From NCBI GenBank assembly GCA_028288925.1, contig JAQGHG010000005.1:15991-79990 (forward strand): a stretch of DNA of 64,000 nt, given 5' to 3'. This document shows positions 36,489 to 46,268 of this stretch, in pieces. The notes below the pieces were generated by a model. That model made no database searches. It was not told where the DNA came from and saw nothing but the letters and a program-made list of their open reading frames with translations. The DNA is from Patescibacteria group bacterium (GTDB taxonomy: Bacteria; Patescibacteriota; Saccharimonadia; UBA4664). Position 1 is the stretch's first letter, and each line of letters starts with the position of its first letter. The position numbers and the translations under genes were made by a program.

Positions 36489-37477
36489 AACTTTAGGCTT
36501 TGGATGGACCATTTAAGCCCGTCGGAGATGCGCGGATGATTGGCGACCTCGCCGCGAGGCACCCATAGCGTGCTCTCGCAGTCGTCGCCGGGCGTAAGGG
36601 GCGTGGCCGAATCAAACCCGGTGAGCACATAGGTGTTGCGCAAGGAGCGATTTTGGGGCTTGTGCCCGGCATACAAGTGGTGGGTAGTGGCGAGGGCCGG
36701 GGCTATCTCGACGAGCGAGCTCACGAGTGTGATCGCTCGCGGGTCGATGCCGATGCCGATTTCTTCGGCGACTTCGCGGGCTAGCTCGACTTCCAAGGTT
36801 TCACTGAAGTCGTCGATACCGCCGCCCGGGATGGTGATGTAGTCCGGCGCGAACTTGGCCCAATCTACGCGCTCCTCGAAGAGGATCTCGTCCTTCTCAT
36901 TGATAATGATGAGGTCGCAAACGATCCTGAGGCCGCTGGGTTTTTTGTATTTTTGGTCGAATTTAGTGCTGAGTTTGGCGATCTTTTTGTGGGCGGTGCG
37001 ATACAGCTCGGCGTTTTCAAGCGGCGTGTGTTTGAGTTTGCGGTAGTTCCAGACGGCCAGATCGGGTGCGTCGAATGGTACGCAGTGGAAGTGCAGATGT
37101 TGGTCGACGGTGCTTTGGGCGTTGGCGCCGTCCTTCTGGACGAGCTGCATGCCGCTGATACCATAGACTTCCTTGATGAGTTTCTTGGCGATGTAGGTGA
37201 ATTTGCGGATGGTGTCCCACTCGGCCTGGGTGAGCTCCTTGATGGAGCGGATATGGCGGCGCGGCACGATCATGAAGTGCCCGTCGATGTAGGCATAGAG
37301 GCTGACGGTCATAACTATGCCGTTTTCTTCGAAGAAGACGTATTTGTCGCGCAGATCGCAAAACACGCATTTGCCGACGGACTTCCAGATGTCGTCGTAG
37401 GCGCCGGAGGACCGGGCGTCGCGATAGCGGATTTGTTTGGCTTGTTCGCCGGGGGTAAGGGAGGTGGAATGCGCCAT
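36485..37477 (-). CDS. HIT-domain plus Nudix-domain fusion
   Basis: CVFC, GH..IVPRRH, HLHFH triad; PGGG...AREVAEEIG Nudix box. Confidence 0.88.
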   Translation of the reverse strand: MAHSTSLTPGEQAKQIRYRDARSSGAYDDIWKSVGKCVFCDLRDKYVFFEENGIVMTVSLYAYIDGHFMIVPRRHIRSIKELTQAEWDTIRKFTYIAKKLIKEVYGISGMQLVQKDGANAQSTVDQHLHFHCVPFDAPDLAVWNYRKLKHTPLENAELYRTAHKKIAKLSTKFDQKYKKPSGLRIVCDLIIINEKDEILFEERVDWAKFAPDYITIPGGGIDDFSETLEVELAREVAEEIGIGIDPRAITLVSSLVEIAPALATTHHLYAGHKPQNRSLRNTYVLTGFDSATPLTPGDDCESTLWVPRGEVANHPRISDGLKWSIQSLKL

Positions 37478-37482
37478 GATGG

Positions 37483-38040
37483 TTATTTTTCCTTGAGCGG
37501 ATCTTTGCGCATTTCCATGAAGTCTTTGAAGACGCTGCCGAGTTCGCCGCCGATGGCGCGTTGAACTATCTTGGTGGTGGAAAGCACGGTGGATTGGCGG
37601 TCGACCACCTTCACTTCGCCGCCGTACTTGGTGACGGTTTTGTATTCTTTGGACTGCTTATAGTTTTCGGTCCAGTCTTCTTTGACGGTAATGAAGATGT
37701 CGGGGCGCAGCAGGCCGAGAGTCGGCTGGCAGCTGGGTTCGGGCAATATGGTGACGAAGTCGATGGAGCGGATGTAGGTGAGCATTTCGGCGCGGATTTT
37801 CTCGCCGAGGATGGGTTTGTTGGGGCCTTTCACGCGGCGGATGGCGTCGTCGCTGCTTACGCCTACTACCAGGATGTCGCCGTGGTTTTTGGCTTCTTCG
37901 AAGTAGCGGCAGTGGCCCACATGCAGGAGGTCCCAGGAGCCGGCGGTGAAGACAACCTTTTTGCCCTTTTCTTTGAGTTTTTCTTGCAGGACCATGAGAT
38001 CGCTCTGGGACACGAGGCGTTTTTTCCAGGACGTAGGCAT
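37483..38040 (-). CDS. Cytidylyltransferase-like nucleotidyltransferase (RfaE domain II-like)
   Basis: GSWDLLHVGH, LVVGV.SD..IRR.KG..KP, STT.I. Confidence 0.88.
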   Translation of the reverse strand: MPTSWKKRLVSQSDLMVLQEKLKEKGKKVVFTAGSWDLLHVGHCRYFEEAKNHGDILVVGVSSDDAIRRVKGPNKPILGEKIRAEMLTYIRSIDFVTILPEPSCQPTLGLLRPDIFITVKEDWTENYKQSKEYKTVTKYGGEVKVVDRQSTVLSTTKIVQRAIGGELGSVFKDFMEMRKDPLKEK

Positions 38041-38087
38041 GCGAGAATCTCCGGTGCGTTAGGGTGTTTTGAATATCACTACCAATT

Positions 38088-39161
38088 CTATACGGTTTTG
38101 CCGATCTTATCGAGAACCTTGAGCGGTGTTATGATGCCTCGTTCCATTAATATGCCGGTTGTGCGGACATAATGTTCATTTTGGTCCAAATATTCGTAAG
38201 GATTGTGGCGGAGAAATTTGTACCAGTCGTAGATCAGGAAGAGATCTACTAATTCTTCGAGCACATCGAGCTGATGATTGTGCGACTTCAGAACCGGGGT
38301 ATCAAAGTGCGCCTGGCCGCGGCGATTGTAGCCCGAGACGAGGAAGTATTTGCGGATTTGGGCCTCGGTCTTGTATTTGCAGTCGACGAGCAGGAAGGCC
38401 AGGGTGCGGGCGATGTCGAACACCGGGTGGCCGGTGGCGGTTTTCTCGAAATCGAGGATGCCGGAGATGTACAGGCCCTCCCCCGCTCCCCCGAACAGAA
38501 TATTGCCGCGTACGAAGTCCATGTGGAGCGCCTGCGAGCTCGGTAGCGCGCGGCAGAGGCGGAGGACGTGCCGCATACGGCCGAGGGTGGCGGGCCGGGG
38601 GACGTAGCCGATCTTGGCGGCCAGCGCGGTGCGGACCTCCCGCATGCCGAAATAGGTCGACAGTCGGCCTATAATGGCTTCGTATTCGTCCTCCACCGGA
38701 TTGAGCTGGACGCCGGTGGGCAATTCGCGCAGTGCGGCATGCATGGCGCTGAGGGTACCGCCCAGTAGCTTGATGTGCGCCTGAGTGTAGGCTTCCCAGG
38801 GGATGGTGCGGCCGGGCAGGTAGCGATACAGCGCGCCGTACTTGTCCCGGGTGGGCGCGCGCAGGCGGATAATGCGCGGGTCGTAGGTACCGCGCGCGGG
38901 CAGCCCCCGACCGGCCAGGAAATCCGATACATGATTGGCGTGCCTGATCTTGACGACGATGCCGGGCTCGGACTTGTAGAGAATGAGGTTGAGCGCTGTC
39001 TGATCCGGCAGGATTACGGGGTAGGCTCTGTTGCGGTAGCCGGATTGGGGCGCGAGGATGCGGGCGGCGGGGATGCCGTAGCCGGATAGAATTCGCCCGA
39101 TGATTAAGATTTCTTTTGGCTTTATGATAGTCGGCACTCCGTATAGGCACAATTGTAACAT
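38088..39161 (-). CDS. APH/homoserine-kinase-type-II-like phosphotransferase
   Basis: LH.DF..GNILF and ILDFE motifs; start uncertain. Confidence 0.8.
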   Translation of the reverse strand: MLQLCLYGVPTIIKPKEILIIGRILSGYGIPAARILAPQSGYRNRAYPVILPDQTALNLILYKSEPGIVVKIRHANHVSDFLAGRGLPARGTYDPRIIRLRAPTRDKYGALYRYLPGRTIPWEAYTQAHIKLLGGTLSAMHAALRELPTGVQLNPVEDEYEAIIGRLSTYFGMREVRTALAAKIGYVPRPATLGRMRHVLRLCRALPSSQALHMDFVRGNILFGGAGEGLYISGILDFEKTATGHPVFDIARTLAFLLVDCKYKTEAQIRKYFLVSGYNRRGQAHFDTPVLKSHNHQLDVLEELVDLFLIYDWYKFLRHNPYEYLDQNEHYVRTTGILMERGIITPLKVLDKIGKTV

Positions 39162-39215
39162 TGGGACGAAGCCGGCTGGTGCCGGTATGACCGGTGTGCT
39201 ACTTTTATAGGTAAT

Positions 39216-40232
39216 ATGTTGATACATAAGCATTTTCGGCGACGGTTGGGTTTGGCGATTTGGCTGGGACTAGCCGGCTCTCTGGGTATTCTGGCCAATC
39301 TTTTGGCGCTATCATCGGCTAGCGCGGCCTGTACGGCGCTGCCTACGGGGAGCGGTACGGTGACATTTTCGGTGAGCGCCCCCTCTACTACGAATTACCG
39401 GTTCTGGGCCCATATGTACTCACCTTCCTCGGGTAATAACGCCGTGTATTTGCAGATCGACAATAGTTACTGCCAGATTACGGTTGGTAACGCCGCTATG
39501 ACCGCGGGACAGTTCACGTGGGTGGATTACCAAAGCGGCACTACTACTAACAAGATTAATGTGAGCCTGACGGGCGGAAGCCATACTATTGAGCTGGCTG
39601 GGCTGGATCCGGGTGTGGGCGTGGATAAGGTGATGCTCCTGACCGACACTAGTTGTACGCCTACCGGCGACGGCAGTAACTGCGTGGACGCGGTGAGCGG
39701 TACACCGACTCCGGTTCCGGTGGGAGGCGCGTCGCCAACGCCCGTCCCTACCTCGGTGGTGAAGCCGGCTCCAGGTGCTACTCCTGGACCAAATGGCGCC
39801 ACCCCTGTGTCGGGTACGATCTCGCTTCCCAAAGCGTCTCCAAATACCACCCGAACCTACTACCTGGACGACAAGCTCGTGACGAGCGACAAACTGGACA
39901 CCACGAAGCTCTCGGACGGCACGCATACGCTTAAGATTGTCGAAACGGACGCCAACGGTCAGACTAAGGTTTCGACTCAGAAGTTAGCAGTTAAAAATAA
40001 TAAAGGTTGGTTGGCCCAGGTACTCGGGTGGTTCGGCCACCCGCTGAATACGGCCGGGGTGGTCGTGGCGGTGGTGCTGCTGGCGAGTGGCGGGTTCGCG
40101 CTCTGGCGTTTCAAATTTAGGGTTCGGCCCAGCCTGCCGGTATCACTCGGCGGTTCGGCTAGCCCCGTGTCCGCGGTGTCTCCGGCGGCCACGACAATTG
40201 TCTATCCTGATGCGCCAGTTCCCAAGCCATGA
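39216..40232 (+). CDS. Surface protein: signal, CBM-like beta domain, P/T linker, small Ig-like domain, C-terminal TM
   Basis: Hydrophobic N-terminus, G.HTI.L.G...GV.VDK, TPTPVP linker, TM near the end. Confidence 0.72.
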   Translation: MLIHKHFRRRLGLAIWLGLAGSLGILANLLALSSASAACTALPTGSGTVTFSVSAPSTTNYRFWAHMYSPSSGNNAVYLQIDNSYCQITVGNAAMTAGQFTWVDYQSGTTTNKINVSLTGGSHTIELAGLDPGVGVDKVMLLTDTSCTPTGDGSNCVDAVSGTPTPVPVGGASPTPVPTSVVKPAPGATPGPNGATPVSGTISLPKASPNTTRTYYLDDKLVTSDKLDTTKLSDGTHTLKIVETDANGQTKVSTQKLAVKNNKGWLAQVLGWFGHPLNTAGVVVAVVLLASGGFALWRFKFRVRPSLPVSLGGSASPVSAVSPAATTIVYPDAPVPKP

Positions 40233-41356
40233 GGTATATAAAGCCGAAGTCTGCCTTGAGAACGTGGTGGGCTATACCGGGAATAATGACGAGCTTGCTG
40301 GTGGGCTATGTGGTGGTGCGCATCTTCGCGGCGGGGCCGGCCGCGACGTTCTTGGTGCCAGGGGGTGTCTTGGCGGGCAACGCGGCGATAACGAGCAATG
40401 GCTCGGCGATCGGCGGGCGGATGGTGACGTTTGGCGTGACGCCGGTACCGACGCCAGCGCCAACTCCGGCGCCGACACCCGCACCGACATCCACACCTGT
40501 CGCCGGTGGTGCCGGCCTCTGCGCTACTATACCTAGCACGCCCGGCGTACTGCCCACCGCCGCCAATACCGGCATTCCGGCCGGCACTACCCTTAGCACC
40601 GCTGCCCCGGCCGGCGTTCAAGTAACGGCTGACTCCTGGAAGGTTGTTACCGACGGAACCGTCATTAACGGCAAAGACATCATCGATAAGTGGGTCGACA
40701 TTGAAGCCAACAACGTGACTATTAAAAATTCGCGTATTAAGGCGCCTACCGGCACTTATTGGGCAGTTTATAACGCGAATGAGAATAAATCTGGCCTAAC
40801 GGTGCTTAATAGCGAGGTTTATTCTTCTGGAGGCGCCCACAACGGCATCATTAGCGAAGATAATACGACAGTGTGCGGCGTCAACGGCCACGGATTCGAG
40901 AATATCGTTAGTATTCAGGGGAATAACATTGTCTTCCAAGCCAATTACTTTCATATCAACTTAGCTGCTCCCGCTACCAGCGATCCTCATAACGATGTCA
41001 TGGAAGTACGCGTCGGTACCAACATTAAGATTCTTGGCAATCGTCTGGTGCAGACCAATACTAATGAAAGCTGGCAACATAACACCAGCGCGTTATACCT
41101 CGGGGCAACATATGGCAATATTGACCAGGTAGTAGTGAACGGCAATTGGTTTGGCGGCGGCACCTACTCGCTCTACATGGTGACGGTTAAGGTTGGAACG
41201 CCGGCCGTACTGAAGACGATCGATGTCACCAATAATAAGTGGTACCGGAGCAGCTATCAGTACGGTACTGTTTCCACGGACGACGGTAGCTCTTGGAGAC
41301 CGCGCACCTGGAGCGGGAACGCTTTTGAGGATAACGGCCAGGTTATATCGTTCTAG
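40229..41356 (+). CDS. Secreted/anchored protein with PT repeats and predicted right-handed beta-helix
   Basis: N-terminal TM, PTPA repeats, I.ANNVTIKNS, N.F.GG.Y, W.GN..ED.G; ATGA-coupled. Confidence 0.72.
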   Translation: MRYIKPKSALRTWWAIPGIMTSLLVGYVVVRIFAAGPAATFLVPGGVLAGNAAITSNGSAIGGRMVTFGVTPVPTPAPTPAPTPAPTSTPVAGGAGLCATIPSTPGVLPTAANTGIPAGTTLSTAAPAGVQVTADSWKVVTDGTVINGKDIIDKWVDIEANNVTIKNSRIKAPTGTYWAVYNANENKSGLTVLNSEVYSSGGAHNGIISEDNTTVCGVNGHGFENIVSIQGNNIVFQANYFHINLAAPATSDPHNDVMEVRVGTNIKILGNRLVQTNTNESWQHNTSALYLGATYGNIDQVVVNGNWFGGGTYSLYMVTVKVGTPAVLKTIDVTNNKWYRSSYQYGTVSTDDGSSWRPRTWSGNAFEDNGQVISF

Positions 41357-41487
41357 GATGATGAGATCACCTATCCCCGCGCCGCAGCAGCAGCACGATT
41401 AGTGTGGCCGGATACGTGCTTGCGCAAGCGATGCGAATTGCTTAATCCACTACGCCTGCTATGGTAAGCATAAGAGGAATTTGATAA

Positions 41488-42117
41488 ATGCATATGTTGC
41501 CGTTCTTTATTATCAACTACGCGGTAACTATTGGCCTGGCTGTTTTGGCCTGGAGAGTGTTGCCGACTACGCGAACCCGGGTGCTCTTCGTTGCGACGTT
41601 AGTACTGTTGGCGAGCTACCGGCTTTATAACGTGCCGGAAGGTGATGTCACCGACTGGCTGCACCATGTGCCGTTTTATATCGGCGAGGTCGTGTTTTAC
41701 TTTTTCCTGGTGGCGTTCGGGCAGCATTATATCGCGAAAGACGCCCAAGCTACCTCGTCTTCGGCGCCGGCCCGGCTGGGTCTGCCGGCGGTGGCGGCCG
41801 GCGGCAGTTGGTTTGACTTTCTCACCAACCAAGGGTTGCATCACATTGTGACATTCCCCCTGTATTTCCTGATTCTGGCCGCGAACCGGATGAACTACAT
41901 GACGATGGATGAGCGCTACCAAGGAGTGGCCAAATGGCTGATGTGGGGTGTGTTTTTCTTCATCGCGGTACATATTGGCGAGTTTCTTATTGAGAGCCAG
42001 AACTTGGCGCCGGTATTGAAGGGCTATGTGGAATACCTGGAATTTGGCTGGGTGTATTTGGCTTCGGCTTGTTTGGCGGTGGCGCTTCTGAAATTGCGGA
42101 AGGTTAGCCGTGTTTAA
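41488..42117 (+). CDS. Integral membrane protein, His-containing, overlapping the kinase start
   Basis: Six to seven TM segments, GAGG SD. Confidence 0.7.
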   Translation: MHMLPFFIINYAVTIGLAVLAWRVLPTTRTRVLFVATLVLLASYRLYNVPEGDVTDWLHHVPFYIGEVVFYFFLVAFGQHYIAKDAQATSSSAPARLGLPAVAAGGSWFDFLTNQGLHHIVTFPLYFLILAANRMNYMTMDERYQGVAKWLMWGVFFFIAVHIGEFLIESQNLAPVLKGYVEYLEFGWVYLASACLAVALLKLRKVSRV

Positions 42118-43660
42118 GGGATTGTCGCAGGTTCGCACGCAGCTTATTATCAGTTTCTCGCTGGCGATTGTGATCGTGGCGGCCTATGGTTTCTATAGTT
42201 TCTCGCTAGCTAGTCAGGCCAGCCAGATATTGCACGGCGTGCTGGCTCACAACCAGACGCTGAGTGGTAGCGAAGGCGCCCAGCTGGACGCGCTGATTCA
42301 GCAGCTGCTTAAGGCTTCCTTTATCTTTTTGAGTGTGGGGATCGTGGTGTTTTCGGCGATTCTGGTGAATTTGCTGTTTACGATTACGCCGGCGCTGCGC
42401 TTGATCTTGGGCGGTATTAATGAGGTGGTGCGGGGAAACTTGAAGTACCGCATCCGGCTGCAGTCTCATAATGAGTTTGGCAGTATCGCCGGCTTCTTTA
42501 ACCAAGCTATCGCGGAAGTGGAGCAGCTGCACGAGGAGCTCAAGAAAGAGAAGGCCGGGGTGGAGCGTCAGGTGGATGACCGCACTCAGGAGTTGTCGCG
42601 GGAGAAGGCGCGGTTTTTGGCGTCGATCAACAGCTTGCCGTTGGGCTTCATCATGACCAATGTGAGCGGGGCGATTCACACGATCAACCCGGCGATGCAG
42701 CACATGCTCGATCTGCGAGCCGGCGACTTGAGCCTGGAAGACATCTCTAAGCGGCTGGAGGGCCGAGTTGGTCTACTGGAGGAACTGCTGACCCAGGCGG
42801 CTAAATGTGTGAAGAAGAAATCAATTATTACGCTCAATGAGATCAATGATAACAGCCGGATTTACCGGGCGCTGATCGCGCCGGTGCTTGTCCCCCATAC
42901 CAAGGAGATTATCGGCACAGCGGTGCTGGTGGAGGATGTGACGGAGGAGCGGGTGATGGCACGGTCCAAGGATGAGTTTTTCTCGATCGCGTCGCACGAA
43001 TTGCGCACACCGCTGACGGCTATCCGCGGCAATACTTCGATGATCGAGCAGTTTTATACCGAGCAGCTCAAGGACAAGGAATTGCACGAGATGGTGGGCG
43101 ACATCCATGACTCGAGCGTGCGCTTGATCCAGATCGTCAACGACTTCCTGGATATGTCGCGCATTGAGCAGGGCAAGATGAAGTTTGACCTGAGCGACTT
43201 TGACATGCAGAGTGTGGTGCACGATGTGTTTTACGATCTGGGTAGTATACGCGACCAGAAGCACATTTTCTTGAAGTCTGAGCTCGACAAGGGTCTGATG
43301 GTGCACGCCGACAAGAGCCGGATTACGCAGGTGGTTTACAACCTAGTGGGCAATGCGATGCGGTTTGTGGAGACGGGCGGGATTACGATCTCGGGTGCGG
43401 CCGAGGGCAAGCTCCTGAAGGTGTCTATTACTGATACCGGCCGGGGTATCTCGCCCGAGGGACAGCAGCTGCTGTTCCATAAGTTTCAGCAGGCCAATAA
43501 CAATATCCTGACGCGTGACGATACGCGTGGTACGGGCCTGGGGCTGTATATCTCGCGGCTGCTGGTAGAGCACATGGGCGGCAAGATCGCGCTGGAGCGG
43601 TCCGAGGTGGGCAAGGGGTCGACGTTTAGCTTTACAGTGCCTTTGGTGAAGAAGAAGTAG
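42110..43660 (+). CDS. Sensor histidine kinase (2TM-HAMP-PAS-HisKA-HATPase)
   Basis: SHELRTPL, NLVGNA, DTGRGI, GTGLGL. Confidence 0.95.
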   Translation: MFKGLSQVRTQLIISFSLAIVIVAAYGFYSFSLASQASQILHGVLAHNQTLSGSEGAQLDALIQQLLKASFIFLSVGIVVFSAILVNLLFTITPALRLILGGINEVVRGNLKYRIRLQSHNEFGSIAGFFNQAIAEVEQLHEELKKEKAGVERQVDDRTQELSREKARFLASINSLPLGFIMTNVSGAIHTINPAMQHMLDLRAGDLSLEDISKRLEGRVGLLEELLTQAAKCVKKKSIITLNEINDNSRIYRALIAPVLVPHTKEIIGTAVLVEDVTEERVMARSKDEFFSIASHELRTPLTAIRGNTSMIEQFYTEQLKDKELHEMVGDIHDSSVRLIQIVNDFLDMSRIEQGKMKFDLSDFDMQSVVHDVFYDLGSIRDQKHIFLKSELDKGLMVHADKSRITQVVYNLVGNAMRFVETGGITISGAAEGKLLKVSITDTGRGISPEGQQLLFHKFQQANNNILTRDDTRGTGLGLYISRLLVEHMGGKIALERSEVGKGSTFSFTVPLVKKK

Positions 43661-43808
43661 GGCTTTCGCAGTATATGTGCCAGTGGAGGTGCTTGGTGTG
43701 CTGGTACTCCCCTACGTTGGTCATGAGACGAGTATAGCATTGACTTTGGGCTGGAAGTCGAAAATCGGCTTAGTGCGGTGTAATAGTAGGGCATGAATGA
43801 ACCACGGC

Positions 43809-44987
43809 TTACCCACCTTCATAACTCGTAATCCAACTGTACGATTCCGGTACCCGCTCCAGGAGATCGCCCCTAGGGCCGACAATCGCGCTACAGCCAT
43901 ATGCTAATGTGTCGCTATCCTGGTGAATTACATCCGAAGAGACAATATAGCACTTAGATTCAGTTGCACGATCAATTAAGTTAGGTAGATGTTTGTTGCG
44001 GTACTTGACCGCTTTCTCGGTGGCAAGACGGTTATTGAGTGGGTAGAAGATGACCTGTGCGCCTTGCGCTGCTAATGCAAGTGCTCCTTCTGGAAAACGA
44101 GCATCATAGCAGATGTTTATACCGAAGGTTACGTTATTGATGGTAAAGATGGGGCATTGCTCGCCTGGCGTGAAGTTCTCTTCAAAAATGTGCACTTTGC
44201 GATATTTACCAAGAAGTTTTCCCTTGTGTATGACGACGGCTGTATTAAAATAACCCCCATCCTCTTCTTCGATGAGGCCAATAATCGCAGCTGTCTTGTA
44301 CCGCTTCAATTTCTTCAGCACTGCCTGGAATTCGTCTGAAGTTAATGAAATTGCTCGGTTTTTGGTGAGTGATTTGTCGAGAGTGTACCCCTGGAGGAAA
44401 CATTCAGGAAAACAGAGCACATCAACCCGCTGTACGTCCGCATATGCCATATACGCTTCAATAACCTGCAAGGCAGCTGGAATGTCACCCTGAATATCTT
44501 GGAGCTGCGTAGCAGCTACTTTCCACTTCCAGGATTTTTTCACCGGGTCTTTTGGAGACTGCGAGGGGAACTGCTGGATATATTTATAGGCTCGCTCCCA
44601 GGGTGGGTATGGGAAGAACTGAGGTGGCAGATGACCTTCCACGTTGTCGAGCAAACCATTCTCGAGCACGATTTTCGTACAGTTCCAGTCTGGGAAGTGT
44701 GTCTTATACGCTGCGGTATGTGTTTCGAGCAGCTCTTTCTCAAGTGTCCAACCGTTAAAGTCGAAAGCCCATGTACCATCACTGGCGTACATATGGCTCC
44801 CGGGAAAGCCCTCGTTAGGTTTTATATAGACGAGCTTGAACCCCTCGTCACGATGCATCCAAGAAAACAAATGGCCTAATATGTGACAGGCGCCTGCGGC
44901 AAAGAACGCTTTATCTGGCCGGTTCCAGGCCTTAAAGATATCTAGTCTTTCTTCGCGTGTACGTCCAACAATCCCGGGTTGATACAT
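43809..44987 (-). CDS. Fusion of an unknown N-domain and a carbon-nitrogen hydrolase
   Basis: FPE, YRKVH, ICYD.RFPE (E-K-C triad); visibly lower GC. Confidence 0.85.
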   Translation of the reverse strand: MYQPGIVGRTREERLDIFKAWNRPDKAFFAAGACHILGHLFSWMHRDEGFKLVYIKPNEGFPGSHMYASDGTWAFDFNGWTLEKELLETHTAAYKTHFPDWNCTKIVLENGLLDNVEGHLPPQFFPYPPWERAYKYIQQFPSQSPKDPVKKSWKWKVAATQLQDIQGDIPAALQVIEAYMAYADVQRVDVLCFPECFLQGYTLDKSLTKNRAISLTSDEFQAVLKKLKRYKTAAIIGLIEEEDGGYFNTAVVIHKGKLLGKYRKVHIFEENFTPGEQCPIFTINNVTFGINICYDARFPEGALALAAQGAQVIFYPLNNRLATEKAVKYRNKHLPNLIDRATESKCYIVSSDVIHQDSDTLAYGCSAIVGPRGDLLERVPESYSWITSYEGG

Positions 44988-45118
44988 GGGTAGCTCCTTT
45001 TTTTATTTTTGTTCAAAAGACGATTTGTATAAACCTCTCACAGCTTGCCATTAGTGTAGCATTGCCAGGTAAACCATCAACTAAAGACCTAGGATCCTAA
45101 AACATCGGGCGCTATATC

Positions 45119-45145
45119 AAAAAGACCCCCGAAGGAGTCTTTTTT
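45119..45145 (-). terminator. Intrinsic terminator after rplA
   Basis: GACUCC-UUCG-GGGGUC-UUUUU on the minus strand. Confidence 0.88.
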
Positions 45146-45171
45146 GATTCGGACTAAATGTCGAGAATCGA

Positions 45172-46212
45172 CTAACGCTTGCCGGTAGAAACGGCCGAGA
45201 TGGTCGCGGCGGCGTCGACTTTGATGCCGGGGCCCATGGAGGTGGTGGCCGACATGGCCTTCACGTAGGTGCCCTTGGCGGAGGAAGGCTTGGCCTTCAT
45301 GACCGCGCTCAGGAAGGCGGTGGCGTTTTCGCGCAGCTGCTCGGGCTTGAAGCTGGCTTTGCCGATGACCTGGTGCAGGATGGCTTGCTTGTCGATGCGG
45401 AATTCGACCTTACCGGCTTTGGCTTCTTTGACGGCCTTGGCGGGGTCGGGGGTGACGGTGCCGGACTTGGGGTTCGGCATCAGGCCGCGCGGCCCCAGGA
45501 TCTTGGCGACTTTGCCGAGGGTAGCCATGCCGGCGGGAGTGGAGATGAGCATGTCGAAGTCGGTTTTGCCTTTTTCGATAGCGGCGATCAGCTCGTCGGT
45601 GCCTACGAGGTCGGCGCCGGCGGCTTTGGCTTTGTCGGCGGCTTCACCGTCGGCGAAGACGGCCACACGGATGGTCTTGCCGGTGCCGTGGGGCAGCACT
45701 ACGCTGGAGCGGACCATCTGGTCGGCCTGGCGGGGGTCGACGCCCAGGTTGATGTGCAGCTCGACGGAGCTGTCAAACTTGGTCGTGGCGGTCTTTTGGG
45801 CCAGGTCGAGGGCGTCGTCGAGACTGTAGAACAAGTTTCGGTCGACCAGCTCGGCGGCCTTGCGGTACTTCTTGCCGTGTTGGTGCAGCGGGTTGGGCTG
45901 CTGGCGCTGACGAACCTTGGGGGTTTCATCTTCGTTTTCGACGTGCAGCTCTTTGGCGGCTAGGCGAGCGGCCTCTTCTTCGGCTTCGCGGAGGGCTTTG
46001 GCGCTGTGCTTGCCGGCCTTGGCGAGTTTGACCGCTTCGGCAGCTTCGGCCTGCTCTTCGGTTTCGGCTTCGTCGTCTTTGACCTCGGTCTTGGCGACGT
46101 CGTCGCTGAGCTCGATCTCGGGAGCGTCCTCGCGGACCTCGGCGATTTCGGCGGCCTTCTCGTCGTCGGCTTTAATTTCTTCTACTACTTCGGCAGTCTT
46201 GTCTTTTGCCAT
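45172..46212 (-). CDS. rplA: 50S ribosomal protein L1 with acidic N-terminal extension
   Basis: [28 protein letters not shown]. Confidence 0.97.
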   Translation of the reverse strand: MAKDKTAEVVEEIKADDEKAAEIAEVREDAPEIELSDDVAKTEVKDDEAETEEQAEAAEAVKLAKAGKHSAKALREAEEEAARLAAKELHVENEDETPKVRQRQQPNPLHQHGKKYRKAAELVDRNLFYSLDDALDLAQKTATTKFDSSVELHINLGVDPRQADQMVRSSVVLPHGTGKTIRVAVFADGEAADKAKAAGADLVGTDELIAAIEKGKTDFDMLISTPAGMATLGKVAKILGPRGLMPNPKSGTVTPDPAKAVKEAKAGKVEFRIDKQAILHQVIGKASFKPEQLRENATAFLSAVMKAKPSSAKGTYVKAMSATTSMGPGIKVDAAATISAVSTGKR

Positions 46213-46225
46213 AATGATTTCTCCT

Positions 46226-46260
46226 CGTGGTTCGAGCGGCGCTCGTGAGCGCCTCCCACG
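46226..46260 (-). promoter_or_regulatory. L1-binding leader before rplA
   Basis: CGUGGGAGGCGCUCACGAGCGCCGCUCGAACCACG followed by the AGGAG SD. Confidence 0.75.
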
Positions 46261-46268
46261 TTAGTTAA

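Noticed and set aside
36489-36512. MVHPK N-terminus of the deaminase ORF as an MKHP variant
   Set aside because: It lies within the upstream gene; the ATGA-coupled start at 36488 is more plausible
38059-38079. Fourth MKHP-like element (GTG ATA TTC AAA ACA CCC TAA) before the nucleotidyltransferase
   Set aside because: It encodes (M)IFKTP*, and only AAACACCCT matches; too weak to count, but worth including in a motif search
40435-40500. Short tandem repeats as a CRISPR array or VNTR
   Set aside because: Degenerate codon-level PTPA linker inside a CDS, with no spacers
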